Of a DNA stretch of 64,000 nucleotides, positions 1 through 9,605 are shown piece by piece. Under the pieces are notes generated by a model. The model ran no database searches. It saw only the letters and a list, made by a program, of their open reading frames with translations, and was not told the DNA's origin. The stretch is from Naegleria gruberi (taxonomy: Eukaryota): the NCBI GenBank assembly GCA_000004985.1, contig GG738872.1; one strand, 5' to 3'. Every line of letters begins with the position of its first letter. The stretch's first letter is position 1. The position numbers and the translations under genes are program-made.

Positions 1-374
1 AGAAATACAGAAACATTCAAAAGAGAGATGTAATTGTAAGATCGATGATGAATTTTTCAGTTCCATAGCACCAAGTATGGACACTAACAAAGATTGCTAT
101 GTTGGATATAGACCAAGTAGATTCTCATGTTCTAACAAGAAATCAAAGAGTAATCACCGTAGATTATGTCCATGCAAATCTTGATCTTCCATCAGATGTC
201 CAACTTCAATTCTCTATTCATTTGAAGAGTTTTAATCATTGTAATGAGCTTTGATGTGGAAATAAAACTCATTTTTGATCCTTTAAGGAAATAATTGAGC
301 AATTACGAGTTCAATTAATGTCTGATTTACTATGAGAGTTCTCAATTGAAGATTACATTCTAAATGAATGGGAA

Positions 375-445
375 GCGTCGATGGTTTAGTGGTAGAATAC
401 GGCGTTGCCATCGCCGTGACCCGGGTTCAATTCCCGGTCGACGCA
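375..445 (+). tRNA. tRNA-Gly (anticodon GCC)
   Basis: 71-nt cloverleaf. Acceptor stem GCGTCGA pairs with TCGACGC. Anticodon loop is TTGCCAT (GCC). T-arm GGGTTCAATTCCC matches the B-box consensus. Discriminator is A. A T5 run follows about 15 nt downstream. Confidence 0.9.
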
Positions 446-460
446 ATCAAAAATCAATTA

Positions 461-465
461 TTTTT
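461..465 (+). terminator. Pol III oligo-T terminator for tRNA-Gly
   Basis: TTTTT run directly downstream of the tRNA 3' end. Confidence 0.4.
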
Positions 466-633
466 ATAATTTTTAATATTTGGCTTATCAATTTTTTATA
501 AAAGCAAATGTACACGAAGTTTCATCTATTTCTCAAAAATCATCTATTCAATTCATTAAATTCACTGAGATAATAGGCTCTGATTGGACCTCATTTTTCA
601 CACCCAAAATAGCTAAAAAATAGTTTAAAAAAA

Positions 634-1707
634 ATGTCGAAACTTATCACATTGTTTCTGCTGGCTACATTGTTCACCTCATGTCATGCACAAATACCCG
701 TGACAACCATTCAACTTGACATTGAACCGTACACACTTTCGGAATGGACAAGTGACAGACAAGGAGTTGCCAATCAATTCTTGGATTTGATAGATAAATT
801 ATTAGCTTTGAAACCACCTCTTCCTCTTCGTTTTGCAATTCCTCGTTGGTTTGATGGAATTTCAATCACCCGTAATGGTGTTACTAAATATTTAAGTCAA
901 TTCGTCCAAGACAGAGCTCACTTAATGATTATGGATTATGTTAACACAGCACAGAGGTATGTTAAACAATATTTCATTTGAAAATTCTCATAAATTCAAT
1001 ATAGAGCCATCAATGATGCCCAAGATGAAATCAAATATGGATCCATTTCTGGAACTAAATCTGTAATTGGATTAGAAACAATGCAATTACCAAGTGAACC
1101 GACCTCAACTTATTATGGAAAGAATGCAAGTGATTTGGAGAGTGATTTGCAATTGATTGATAGTGCATTTTCATTGAATAGATCTTCATTTGAGGCGCTA
1201 TGTGTACATGATTGGAAAAATTGGAAAGTTTTTACTGCAAATTTTACAAAACCAATTGGTCAATTAAGGAGGGATTTGTATGTTTGGGATAATAGTGTAA
1301 TTCTTGTAGAGGAGGTGAGGAAGATATTTATGGATGATCTTAAAATATTGAATGGTAAATTGAGGAGAGTTTATTTGGAAGCAGAATATTTAATGGTCAA
1401 CTCTAAATATTGGAATATTACAAAAAGTACAATTCAGGAGTGGAATTCAAAGTTTGGAGTAGAAGTGGAGCTTCTTTCAGGAGATTCCAATTGGGCATTA
1501 ACTACAAATCATGCTAGACCTATTGCATTTGTTAATGCTAGCATTGCTTTCTATCAGAGTTATCCTAAAGTGATTCCAACAAGTTCAATATTTACACAAA
1601 ATTCAACCAAATTTGCCAGAGAATCCAATGCAAATATTTCTTTTTCAATCATTGGATCATTTTTGACCATATTCCTCTTCCTCATTCAATATTTAATTAA
1701 CTTTTAA
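634..1707 (+). CDS. Secreted, probably GPI-anchored protein of unknown function, two exons (634-956, 1005-1707)
   Basis: ORFs 634-981 and 1081-1707 join through a 48-nt GTATGT...ATAG intron (957-1004), phase 2. The N-terminus is a cleavable signal peptide (MSKLITLFLLATLFTSCHA). The C-terminus is a hydrophobic tail after ...ESNANISFS (IIGSFLTIFLFLIQYLINF), typical of a GPI attachment signal. I recognise no catalytic family. Confidence 0.55.
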
Positions 1708-1720
1708 TAATTTAAATAAT

Positions 1721-4700
1721 TTATTGTGGAGGCTCAACATCTCCACTTCTAATAAAGTACTTGAGTTCCAACTCTATCAAGTGTTCATCACTCATTAGTG
1801 GACAAGAAATTGCTGTTGAACCATTGTTTGAATTATAAACTTCTAAAGCATGAGTTAGATTGGCACATCCAAGACGAGTGTCCAATTTTGAGGATGTGTA
1901 CAATCTGTCATATTGGGCAGGGAACAAATTCAAGATACCAAAGATTGTATTTTCATTGGTCATGTTTGGATACTTGTGAGCATTGCCCATTTCCTTCATT
2001 AAGATTTCAACAAATTGGCCATATGGAATTTCATTTACCTTGAATCCCATCTTTTTCATAACTTGGACAATGGCATGGACACTTCTTGTAGCCATAGGAT
2101 TATTTCTATTGGTGTTAATAACGTTGAAAATATTATTAACTGTCTTATCTTGAGCAAATAGAGAAGGATAGAGTTGATTTGAATTGACCACAGCTACAAT
2201 ACTCTGGGCACAAAAATCAACAGGAAGCATGTGAATACTGTCAGTAGAATTTTCTGGTGCAACACCCAAGTGAATCATACCACACATTAATCTGCTGATC
2301 CATTCTCTGACACTGGAGAAACCATTCTTTGAATGACCAACAACTAGTCCAGGTCTATAGATGGCAATTGATTTAATATTCTTCTCTTCCATGGCTAATC
2401 TGAGAATGTGTTCACTGATAAACTTGGTTTGTGGATAACCACCATTCAATAATTGGAAGTTTTCAACAGTGAGTGGAACGAAATCTTCATTTACAACGGT
2501 GTTATACTTGGCCATGTTGTGAGGTACTACACTGATGGAGGAGACAAAGTGAAGAGTCTTGAGCTTGTTTCCAGAAGTTGCAAGCTTGAGACATTCAACA
2601 ACACTTTGTACATTGACAGTTCTCAATTGATCATAATTCATAATAAAATTAACATTAGCTCCGCAGTGAATAATTGAGTCCAACTCTGTTGACAAGGTGC
2701 TGATCATTTGATTATCCAATCCGAATTGTGGCAAGCCAAAATCTCCACATAAAACTCTAGTTCTCGTTTCAAATCCGTTTTGAACGGCATTGATAACATT
2801 AGAGTCCAAACCTTGAGTGTATTGGACAATATTATCTAACACTCTTCTTCTACCTTCCTCTTCGGAGCTAGCTCTAACAAGGCAATAAACAATCGATTCA
2901 GGATAAAGTAGCAATTGTTCACATAGCAAACCACTTCCAATAAAACCTGTAACACCTGTCAATAAAATCTTCTTTGGTGTTTCATGCAAACAAGAGGTAT
3001 TCATGGTGGCAGTGTCAATAGATGGTACTTGAGAGAGCAAGCTTCTAACTTCCTCTTCCAAGGCATTATTGGAGGCAAATCTTGCAGATTTTTCAGACAT
3101 TGCTTGATTTGGATTTTGCATGGCATGGTCAATAATTTCCAACATTTTCTCTGCTGGATTATCATGATTCTTTACAGAGAGTAACTTGTCAGCTCCAACA
3201 ACAATACCAAACTTTTGCATCAAGATGTTCGATAGACGAACAGTACTCAAAGAATCAATAACACCTCCACTTTGGAACAAGTTTTGAATAATAGTCTTCA
3301 ATTGTTCCTTATTTTCAACAGTTTCGAGTTGAGTGATGTCACCTTCCTTTTCCACTTGAGTATAGAGTTTGTCGAGAGCTTCCTTGTAGGCCTTATTGAG
3401 GGCTGGTCTACAAATCTTGTACGAGCTGGTCAATTTACCATTGTCTGGTGTGAATTTTTCCAAATCAATTATAAATGCCTTTGGAGATTCATAGGACTCT
3501 AATTTTCCTTCTCTTGCTGCAGTAATAATTTCCTTTTGAATGATTTGATAAGCGACACTTCCTCTCGAGAGATCCATCGCGTCTGGTACTGGTAAGTTTT
3601 GTTCTTTCAAAACAGTGGCAACTTGCTCTTGCAAAATTGGAACGTTCTTTGGAACAATGACAGCAACCATGAATGATCTGAATGAATTTCCATACAAGAA
3701 CATTTGATCAATGAAATGAGATTTGGAAATGAAGAGATTTTCCAAATTTTCAGGAGCTACAAATTCACCTTGAGCTAACTTGAAAATATTCTTTCTTCTA
3801 TCAATAACTTTAACCTTGTAGGTACTCTTTGAAATCTCACCAATATCACCTGTATGATAGAATCCTTCGCTATCAATTAGTTCACTGGTCTTTTGAGCAT
3901 CTCTATAATAGCCAGGAATACAATCTTCACTCTTTACACAAATTTCACCTCTAGCATTTGGCTGATCGGTAATGTAATAGGAGAGTTCTGGAACATTTTC
4001 CAACTTGATGGTGACACCGTCAACTAGGAGCATGTGAGATGGAAGATTTTCATTGTCCTTCTTGGTCTTGTCTGTAATATACACTTGCTCCAATTCTCCT
4101 CTATCAATCCAACCAATGGATCCACACTCAGTTGAGGCATACCCATTGAAAACAGGTACCTTGAAGCAGTCACGAAGGAATTTAATTACTTCAGGGGAGG
4201 TTGCAGCGCCACCTGTTACAATTGAAGTTATTCTTCCTCCTAAAATATTTTTGAAATTATTCAAAATTAAAAATTCAGAGACTGGCTCACTACTACTAGC
4301 ATTTCTCTTCAATCTACTTTGATATTCAGCGAGGAGAGTATTGTAGAATCTTGGTGTAGTGGAAAGTGTTACAGGTTGAATCAATTGGAAATCTTCCAAA
4401 ATTTTATCCATTTCACCACAATAAATACCAACTCGGCCACCATTAATAGCACAAATTGTTGTGTTGGATCTGTCAGTAACGTGAGAGAGTGGTGAGAAGG
4501 AAACACACACAAGGGGATGATTTTGGTAGAGTTCATGTTGAAGTTGTTTGTTGTAGTGTCTATCTGTAATGATGGCCCCTTTTGGTTCGGTAGATGTGGA
4601 GCCAGAAGTATAGACAATTGTGCACATATCCTCGACATTTCTATTAGTCTTGATGGCAACTCTGAGCTCATCGGAAAATGTTGGATATTCATTAATAGTT

Positions 4701-6301
4701 GACATTTCCACATAGTTCATATCTTTCAATTCTACGGAGAGCTCTTTGGCCAACACTCTAGCCTTGAAATCAAGTTCAATATCATTTTCACTAATATAAT
4801 TTAAGAGGACAAAATCTTCATCTGAAGCATTCCAATCACACAAGTCTGCTAGTGAAGTGTTCATGTTAATATTGGTATCTGGATATCTGTTCTTCAATAA
4901 ATAATAATATCTCAAAAAGTCACTGGAATCCTTGGTATAATTGGTGAGTTTTTTGAGTCCTTCCAAATGAGATCTTCTTCTATTTTTGACAAGGTCTTGA
5001 ACATTATTTTCTTGTACAGATTGGAGGTATGATGGCACTTCCTCTTCCTCAACAATCAGGGCATCCATTTGTATAATGGCCTTCACAGATGGTAAGAGAC
5101 CTCTCTTGATGAGTTTTAAAAATTTGACAGTCAATTCTCTGCTACAAACAATGAGTGGAACTTGTGAATTATTTACCACTTGAATAATTTCGTGGGACAT
5201 CATTTTCATATCCTCCTTTGATTCTATATTTACAATATCTTCAGAGAGGCATTCAACTTTAGCTTTTGGAAGTGGAATGGTAACCATAGCTTGAGTCAAT
5301 CCAGCCCAATCAGCAACAAACCAATCAGGTCTGTTAATTGAACAAATGCCAACGAATCCTCTGTTGATTTCTTTTTGATTTTCTCTGTGTTGAGTCAAGA
5401 GCTTTTCATTATTGAAACAAATTCTCAACCCATTACCGAATCTCAATACTCTTTCGTGGAGTTGAGCATATGTAAACCAACGATACTTGTTCTCATATTG
5501 ATCCTTGGCAATTTTTCTTCTATAACCCAAACAAGGTCTATCAGCATAGGCCAATAGAGCATTATTGAGAGTTTCAGCAACGTAGGAACCTTTGGTGAGC
5601 CAATGCAAATGAGCAGGATGTTTCGAATTTTTCACCAAGAAAACATCATGAATAGGAATTGGTTTACGCTGGGCAATAGTTTCTCTTGCTTTAATCTTCC
5701 ACTCCTCCACACTCTTCTTCTCCCATTCCTCCATTGAAATATTAAAATCCTCAAATTTATCACTCTCCAAACAGTGCATCTTTGGTACATTGGTTTTGAG
5801 TTTTGCCTTTGAAATCATACAAACATCCTCATGTCTATCTCTATAGTATCCTTCATAAATATAAAATCTGACACCAATCTTCTTCTGATACTCTTCTCCA
5901 TTCTCACTCAGAGCCACTTGCAAATCGAGTGGCACAGAAGGATCAAATTTCTGTGGTTCAAATCGAAGAGCAGCCAAGAAGGCAGTCGGAACAAAACCAA
6001 TATGCTTCTCATTACGTGGAATATCATGATCATAGACTCGACATCCATTTCGATGAACATCACGAATATCCACTTTTTGAACCAATGCCCAACCCAAACC
6101 AGTTTCATACTCACGAAGGAGAATCATCAGATCACCAACTTTGAGTGATATCAAACCTTCAGAATTATTTGGCTCCACTTCATAGTCAGAAACCGAGATG
6201 GCATATTTAGGGAATTTGAACATTTTTTTTAAATTGTTAATCAATAGGTTGGATGTACTGGTGGATAAATAGTGCAGGTAACACACAAGGATCAAGTTCA
6301 T
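1721..6301 (-). CDS. SH3 domain / long-chain acyl-CoA synthetase-like adenylation domain / phosphopantetheine carrier domain / NAD(P)-dependent thioester reductase domain fusion (carboxylic-acid-reductase-like), single exon, 1526 aa
   Basis: N-terminal SH3-like region (ISLKVGDLMILLREYETGLGWALVQ...IGFVPTAFL). Then an AMP-binding core IVYTSGSTSTEPKGA. Then ACSL-type motifs YHTGDIGE and KLAQGEFVAPENLENLF. Then a carrier domain with a GGVIDSLSTVRL phosphopantetheine-attachment serine. Then a terminal reductase KKILLTGVTGFIGSGLL...VRASSEEEGRRR...CGDFGLPQFGL...IIHCGANVNF (NAD_binding_4 / TE-reductase signatures). An alternative ATG start lies at about 6223 (MFKFPKY). Confidence 0.85.
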   Translation of the reverse strand: MNLILVCYLHYLSTSTSNLLINNLKKMFKFPKYAISVSDYEVEPNNSEGLISLKVGDLMILLREYETGLGWALVQKVDIRDVHRNGCRVYDHDIPRNEKHIGFVPTAFLAALRFEPQKFDPSVPLDLQVALSENGEEYQKKIGVRFYIYEGYYRDRHEDVCMISKAKLKTNVPKMHCLESDKFEDFNISMEEWEKKSVEEWKIKARETIAQRKPIPIHDVFLVKNSKHPAHLHWLTKGSYVAETLNNALLAYADRPCLGYRRKIAKDQYENKYRWFTYAQLHERVLRFGNGLRICFNNEKLLTQHRENQKEINRGFVGICSINRPDWFVADWAGLTQAMVTIPLPKAKVECLSEDIVNIESKEDMKMMSHEIIQVVNNSQVPLIVCSRELTVKFLKLIKRGLLPSVKAIIQMDALIVEEEEVPSYLQSVQENNVQDLVKNRRRSHLEGLKKLTNYTKDSSDFLRYYYLLKNRYPDTNINMNTSLADLCDWNASDEDFVLLNYISENDIELDFKARVLAKELSVELKDMNYVEMSTINEYPTFSDELRVAIKTNRNVEDMCTIVYTSGSTSTEPKGAIITDRHYNKQLQHELYQNHPLVCVSFSPLSHVTDRSNTTICAINGGRVGIYCGEMDKILEDFQLIQPVTLSTTPRFYNTLLAEYQSRLKRNASSSEPVSEFLILNNFKNILGGRITSIVTGGAATSPEVIKFLRDCFKVPVFNGYASTECGSIGWIDRGELEQVYITDKTKKDNENLPSHMLLVDGVTIKLENVPELSYYITDQPNARGEICVKSEDCIPGYYRDAQKTSELIDSEGFYHTGDIGEISKSTYKVKVIDRRKNIFKLAQGEFVAPENLENLFISKSHFIDQMFLYGNSFRSFMVAVIVPKNVPILQEQVATVLKEQNLPVPDAMDLSRGSVAYQIIQKEIITAAREGKLESYESPKAFIIDLEKFTPDNGKLTSSYKICRPALNKAYKEALDKLYTQVEKEGDITQLETVENKEQLKTIIQNLFQSGGVIDSLSTVRLSNILMQKFGIVVGADKLLSVKNHDNPAEKMLEIIDHAMQNPNQAMSEKSARFASNNALEEEVRSLLSQVPSIDTATMNTSCLHETPKKILLTGVTGFIGSGLLCEQLLLYPESIVYCLVRASSEEEGRRRVLDNIVQYTQGLDSNVINAVQNGFETRTRVLCGDFGLPQFGLDNQMISTLSTELDSIIHCGANVNFIMNYDQLRTVNVQSVVECLKLATSGNKLKTLHFVSSISVVPHNMAKYNTVVNEDFVPLTVENFQLLNGGYPQTKFISEHILRLAMEEKNIKSIAIYRPGLVVGHSKNGFSSVREWISRLMCGMIHLGVAPENSTDSIHMLPVDFCAQSIVAVVNSNQLYPSLFAQDKTVNNIFNVINTNRNNPMATRSVHAIVQVMKKMGFKVNEIPYGQFVEILMKEMGNAHKYPNMTNENTIFGILNLFPAQYDRLYTSSKLDTRLGCANLTHALEVYNSNNGSTAISCPLMSDEHLIELELKYFIRSGDVEPPQ

Positions 6302-6565
6302 AGTACAGAGCTGTTATCCTTTTTACAAAAATATTAATCAATATTAATAATATTAAACATGGTTATTTAATAATGTTAAAATTGTAAAGTAAAAAAAAAT
6401 GGGCAAAAAGCATCCGATTTCTTTTCGCCGCTTTTTTAGCTCTTAAATATATTTCAAAGGCATAAGAGAATCTTCAGCCACTACCATAATTCAAATCCAA
6501 AAAAAAGGAACAATAAGCCTTTTAAAACAACAACAACTATATTATTTAATTTATTAGAGAAGAAC

Positions 6566-6970
6566 ATGTTTACTTCCGAATTCATGACTAAATTTCAAAC
6601 ATTATGGAATCAAGATGAAACGATTCCATCCACTCTCAAATCCATCAATTTCTCGGCCAATGTTGGTTATGGAATTAAAAGAGAGGATCAACCAAAGACT
6701 GTTTTAATTATTAAGGAAGGAAGTGTGGTGGATGCCAAAGTTTATGAAGGAGAGGAATTGGATTGGGATATTAGATGTTCTGAGGATAATTGGAAACATT
6801 ATATGGTGAAGGGAATGGGAATGTCACAACTCGCTTCAGGATATGCTATGGGTTGGCTTAAATTTATTAAAGGAGATTACTTTAGCATGATTAAGAATCC
6901 AAGAATGATTGGACCATTCATTAAGAGTTTTGAATTGATGAGCAAGGTATATACAGAACTGAATCAATAA
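6566..6970 (+). CDS. SCP2-like (sterol carrier protein 2 domain) small lipid-binding protein, 134 aa
   Basis: The C-terminal half (WKHYMVKGMGMSQLASGYAMGWLKFIKGDYFSMIKNPRMIGPFIKSFELMSKV) fits the SCP2 fold consensus (Gly-rich, K..GD....l..l). It is transcribed divergently from the acyl-reductase gene across a 265-bp intergenic region. Confidence 0.55.
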   Translation: MFTSEFMTKFQTLWNQDETIPSTLKSINFSANVGYGIKREDQPKTVLIIKEGSVVDAKVYEGEELDWDIRCSEDNWKHYMVKGMGMSQLASGYAMGWLKFIKGDYFSMIKNPRMIGPFIKSFELMSKVYTELNQ

Positions 6971-7121
6971 ATGATTCAAAGTTACTTAAGGCCAGAGGGT
7001 TATATTAAACTATATGATCTAATAGTTTATGAACTAAATATGTTGACAAAATACTTGCTGAACGAATCACTCCTTCCAAATTTTGACCTGTCAACAATTC
7101 ATCTTTGAAAAAAAAACCAAC

Positions 7122-7791
7122 ATGTCTTCACAACATAGAATCACACTCGCAACCTTTCTAATTTTATGCTTGTTGTTGTCTGTTTGTTGCATTTATGTGA
7201 ATGCCACAGCTTCATCATGCAGAGCTCCAGAAACCTCGAAATCTAGCTCAAAACGAAGAGCTGTAGTATTGGAGAATGATAATCCATCTTCTGAACAGCA
7301 ATTAATTAGCAGCACAACTACCAATGTAAGTTGACTGGTCTTTTGTTATTCGAATATTTCAGAAACCTGCCGAAAGCTCTTCCTCGCAACCAACAACCAC
7401 AGCCACAACATCAAACTATCCAATATCACCAGAGGCAAAATACTACATTGACAAACAACCAACCACATTCCACATAACAGGTCCACTCGATCTCAAACTC
7501 TCCAAACGTTCAGAAACATTTCGTGGTTCTGACAAAATCAAATGTGTTGCCTGCAGAATGGATTGCATGAAGAAGGTCCATCCAGAAATTGGCTCCTTCT
7601 TCGAGTCATGCAGAGATCAATTCTACTATTATGGTTGTCAGAAGAAACAACCATGTTACGAGGCAGTGGATGGAGATTTTGTATTGGAGATGGCTATTGG
7701 AATTTGTTTGGAAAAGAATGGATGTATTATGAAGAAGGCATTCCTTTCTAATGGAAATGCTGATAGTAGTTCACAATCTGATGGGCAATAA
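7122..7791 (+). CDS. Small secreted Cys-rich protein, two exons (7122-7325, 7363-7791)
   Basis: ATG at 7122 is followed by a hydrophobic signal peptide or anchor (ITLATFLILCLLLSVCCIYVNA). A 37-nt intron (GTAAGTTGACTGG...ATATTTCAG) at 7326-7362 keeps the frame. Exon 2 has 8 Cys in about 60 aa (CVACRMDCMKK...CRDQFYYYGCQKKQPCYEA...GICLEKNGC). Confidence 0.5.
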
Positions 7792-7855
7792 TAATATTTT
7801 GTAATATTTATTAATATTTATATTATTAACATAAAATGTTCATTAATAATTTCCT

Positions 7856-8300
7856 ATTTGTAAAAGTGCAAACCACCTCTATAGTCAGTAACCACCAAAA
7901 TGAAATATTCTTCATTTCTAATGAAATTAATGGCATAAGCATTCTCCAATTCGAAAAATCCCATTCTCTTTTTCAAAATCATATCAAAGGCATAAATCTT
8001 GCCTTGTGAAAAATCTGAAACATAGAGAACTAGACCGAAGGAGGTGAGCTAAAAAATGTTTCATCACGGTAATTTCGCGCCAACCAAAAACCGCTGAAAG
8101 TTGTCTGTTCTGACCGTTAAATATTCAACAAAAAAAAACAACAAACAACAATTACTCATCATGAATTCATCATCACCCTGCTAAATAGGTATATTGGTTG
8201 GTATTCCCACCTTCAGCATGCTACCTTGAGAAGCCACCATGAGGAGAGTTCTCCCTTTGCTTCCTTCCTCACCAGCCATTACTACATTCACCTCGCCAAA
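7856..8300 (-). CDS. Possible small multi-exon gene absent from the ORF track. The last exon encodes ...LVLYVSDFSQGKIYAFDMILKKRMGFFELENAYAINFIRNEEYFILVVTDYRGGLHFYK. Possibly a small trafficking or roadblock-like fold protein.
   Basis: On the minus strand an open frame of about 64 codons is preceded by a TTTTTTAG acceptor and ends with TAG at about 7858. Upstream at about 8255 a short ATG exon (MAGEEGSKGRTLLMVASQ) is followed by a GTAGC donor. The exon linkage is unresolved. Confidence 0.2.
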
Positions 8301-8542
8301 ACATCATCTAGATAAGTGCCTGCCCATTTACTTGAAATTGTTGGTACATTAAAGCGAAGGTTCATGTACAAGAACCCAGAAGTACTTGTTTCTAGAAGAA
8401 CAAGTGGTAATTGATACTTTGAACACACTGTCTCACTCTTGGTCCAATAAACCTTCGGCTCGACTTTAACAAATTTTTGTTTTTTGAGTGACTTCTAAAT
8501 TTTTTATAAAAATATTTGTCAATCCTTCTCACCTCCCACGGT

Positions 8543-9439
8543 CTATAGAGAACTGAATGGATTTTCATCATAAAGCAACCTTTGGGCTGTTGTCAAATCA
8601 GAAATATCCAATGAAAACTCGACATGCCATTTGCCATCATTGTAATAACACACGTTCAATTCTGGCTCATTTGAAACAACAAGTTTACCATCACCTAACC
8701 AACAGCCGTCTCTAAGTAAATTCCCATTTGAAATCTCTATTGTAAAAGTGGAATCCTTTGTTCCATTTGACAGATCACCAAATAGGTTTCCATAATCACA
8801 ACAAAGTAGTAACTGTTTCTTTCCATCTCTTTCAACTAGGGCAGCAGAATTTGCTCCTCCAATGTAGATATTATCATCAGAGGTTTGATTCTGATCAATT
8901 ATCAACACTGGTTCGATATTATCCAAGCTCTCCTTCTCGTTCAGTTTTTGAACAATCTCACTCATGTTCAATTTAAGAATTCGCTTATCCTCACAAACAA
9001 TCAATGCATTATCAATTTGACCAGTTGCCTCATTCACAATTCCCTTGTTTTCAATCAATATTTGAGATGGAATATCCTTCAAAGGAAATCCTCCCAAATG
9101 TGCAAGATGTAATTCCTCAGCAATATCAATGCATTGATCACATTCAAAACATTCAATTCTCTTATTGCTACCATCAGAAATAACCAACACTCCATTCTTA
9201 TCATCGAAGGCAACACCACAAGGATAGACAGGATTATAGAGAAGACCATCCAACTTGATCGATTTGATCAATTGAAACTTTCCAGAAAATCCCTTACATG
9301 ATCTCTTCATCTTTTCCGATAATTTCTCATACAACCAATCTTTCCCATCACCTCGATGAATACCTTTCTTATTATCATTATGATCAGCTAAGTGGATTAC
9401 AACTTGTTCTGCTTCTGGTTCTTCTAATCTGTTGCTCAT
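8543..9439 (-). CDS. NHL-repeat (six-bladed beta-propeller) protein, 298 aa
   Basis: Repeated NHL-like blades (YPCGVAFDDKNGVLVISDGSNKRIECF, NIYIGGANSAALVERDG, DGKLVVSNEPELNVCYY). ATG start at 9439. Confidence 0.55.
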   Translation of the reverse strand: MSNRLEEPEAEQVVIHLADHNDNKKGIHRGDGKDWLYEKLSEKMKRSCKGFSGKFQLIKSIKLDGLLYNPVYPCGVAFDDKNGVLVISDGSNKRIECFECDQCIDIAEELHLAHLGGFPLKDIPSQILIENKGIVNEATGQIDNALIVCEDKRILKLNMSEIVQKLNEKESLDNIEPVLIIDQNQTSDDNIYIGGANSAALVERDGKKQLLLCCDYGNLFGDLSNGTKDSTFTIEISNGNLLRDGCWLGDGKLVVSNEPELNVCYYNDGKWHVEFSLDISDLTTAQRLLYDENPFSSL

Positions 9440-9605
9440 TTTTTCTGGAAATCTTAATAACAGTTAAAACTGATTTTTTTAGAGGGTTACTTGAATGTTG
9501 AGATTTTACAATAGTTTAAGGAGTAATATTAATTAATATTTTTGTAAAGGGGTATTAAACTCGACTATTTGCTGGAAGTGATAACACTATTCAATATTAA
9601 AAAAA

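Noticed and set aside
91-195. Short plus-strand ORF at the window start encoding a Cys-rich 34-aa peptide (MDTNKDCYVGYRPSRFSCSNKKSKSNHRRLCPCKS)
   Set aside because: Below any sensible length threshold, no signal peptide. Could be the 3' end of an upstream gene or noise. Not enough evidence.
674-865. 63-aa minus-strand ORF inside the 634-1707 gene
   Set aside because: Antisense to a better-supported coding exon. No start context. Typical shadow ORF.
1798-2043. Plus-strand ORFs (1798-2043, 2453-2677, 2984-3184, 3272-3502, 4053-4322, 4517-4702, 5375-5557, 5831-6148) inside the acyl-reductase gene
   Set aside because: All lie antisense within a 4.6-kb ORF that has strong domain signatures. Composition-driven shadow ORFs.
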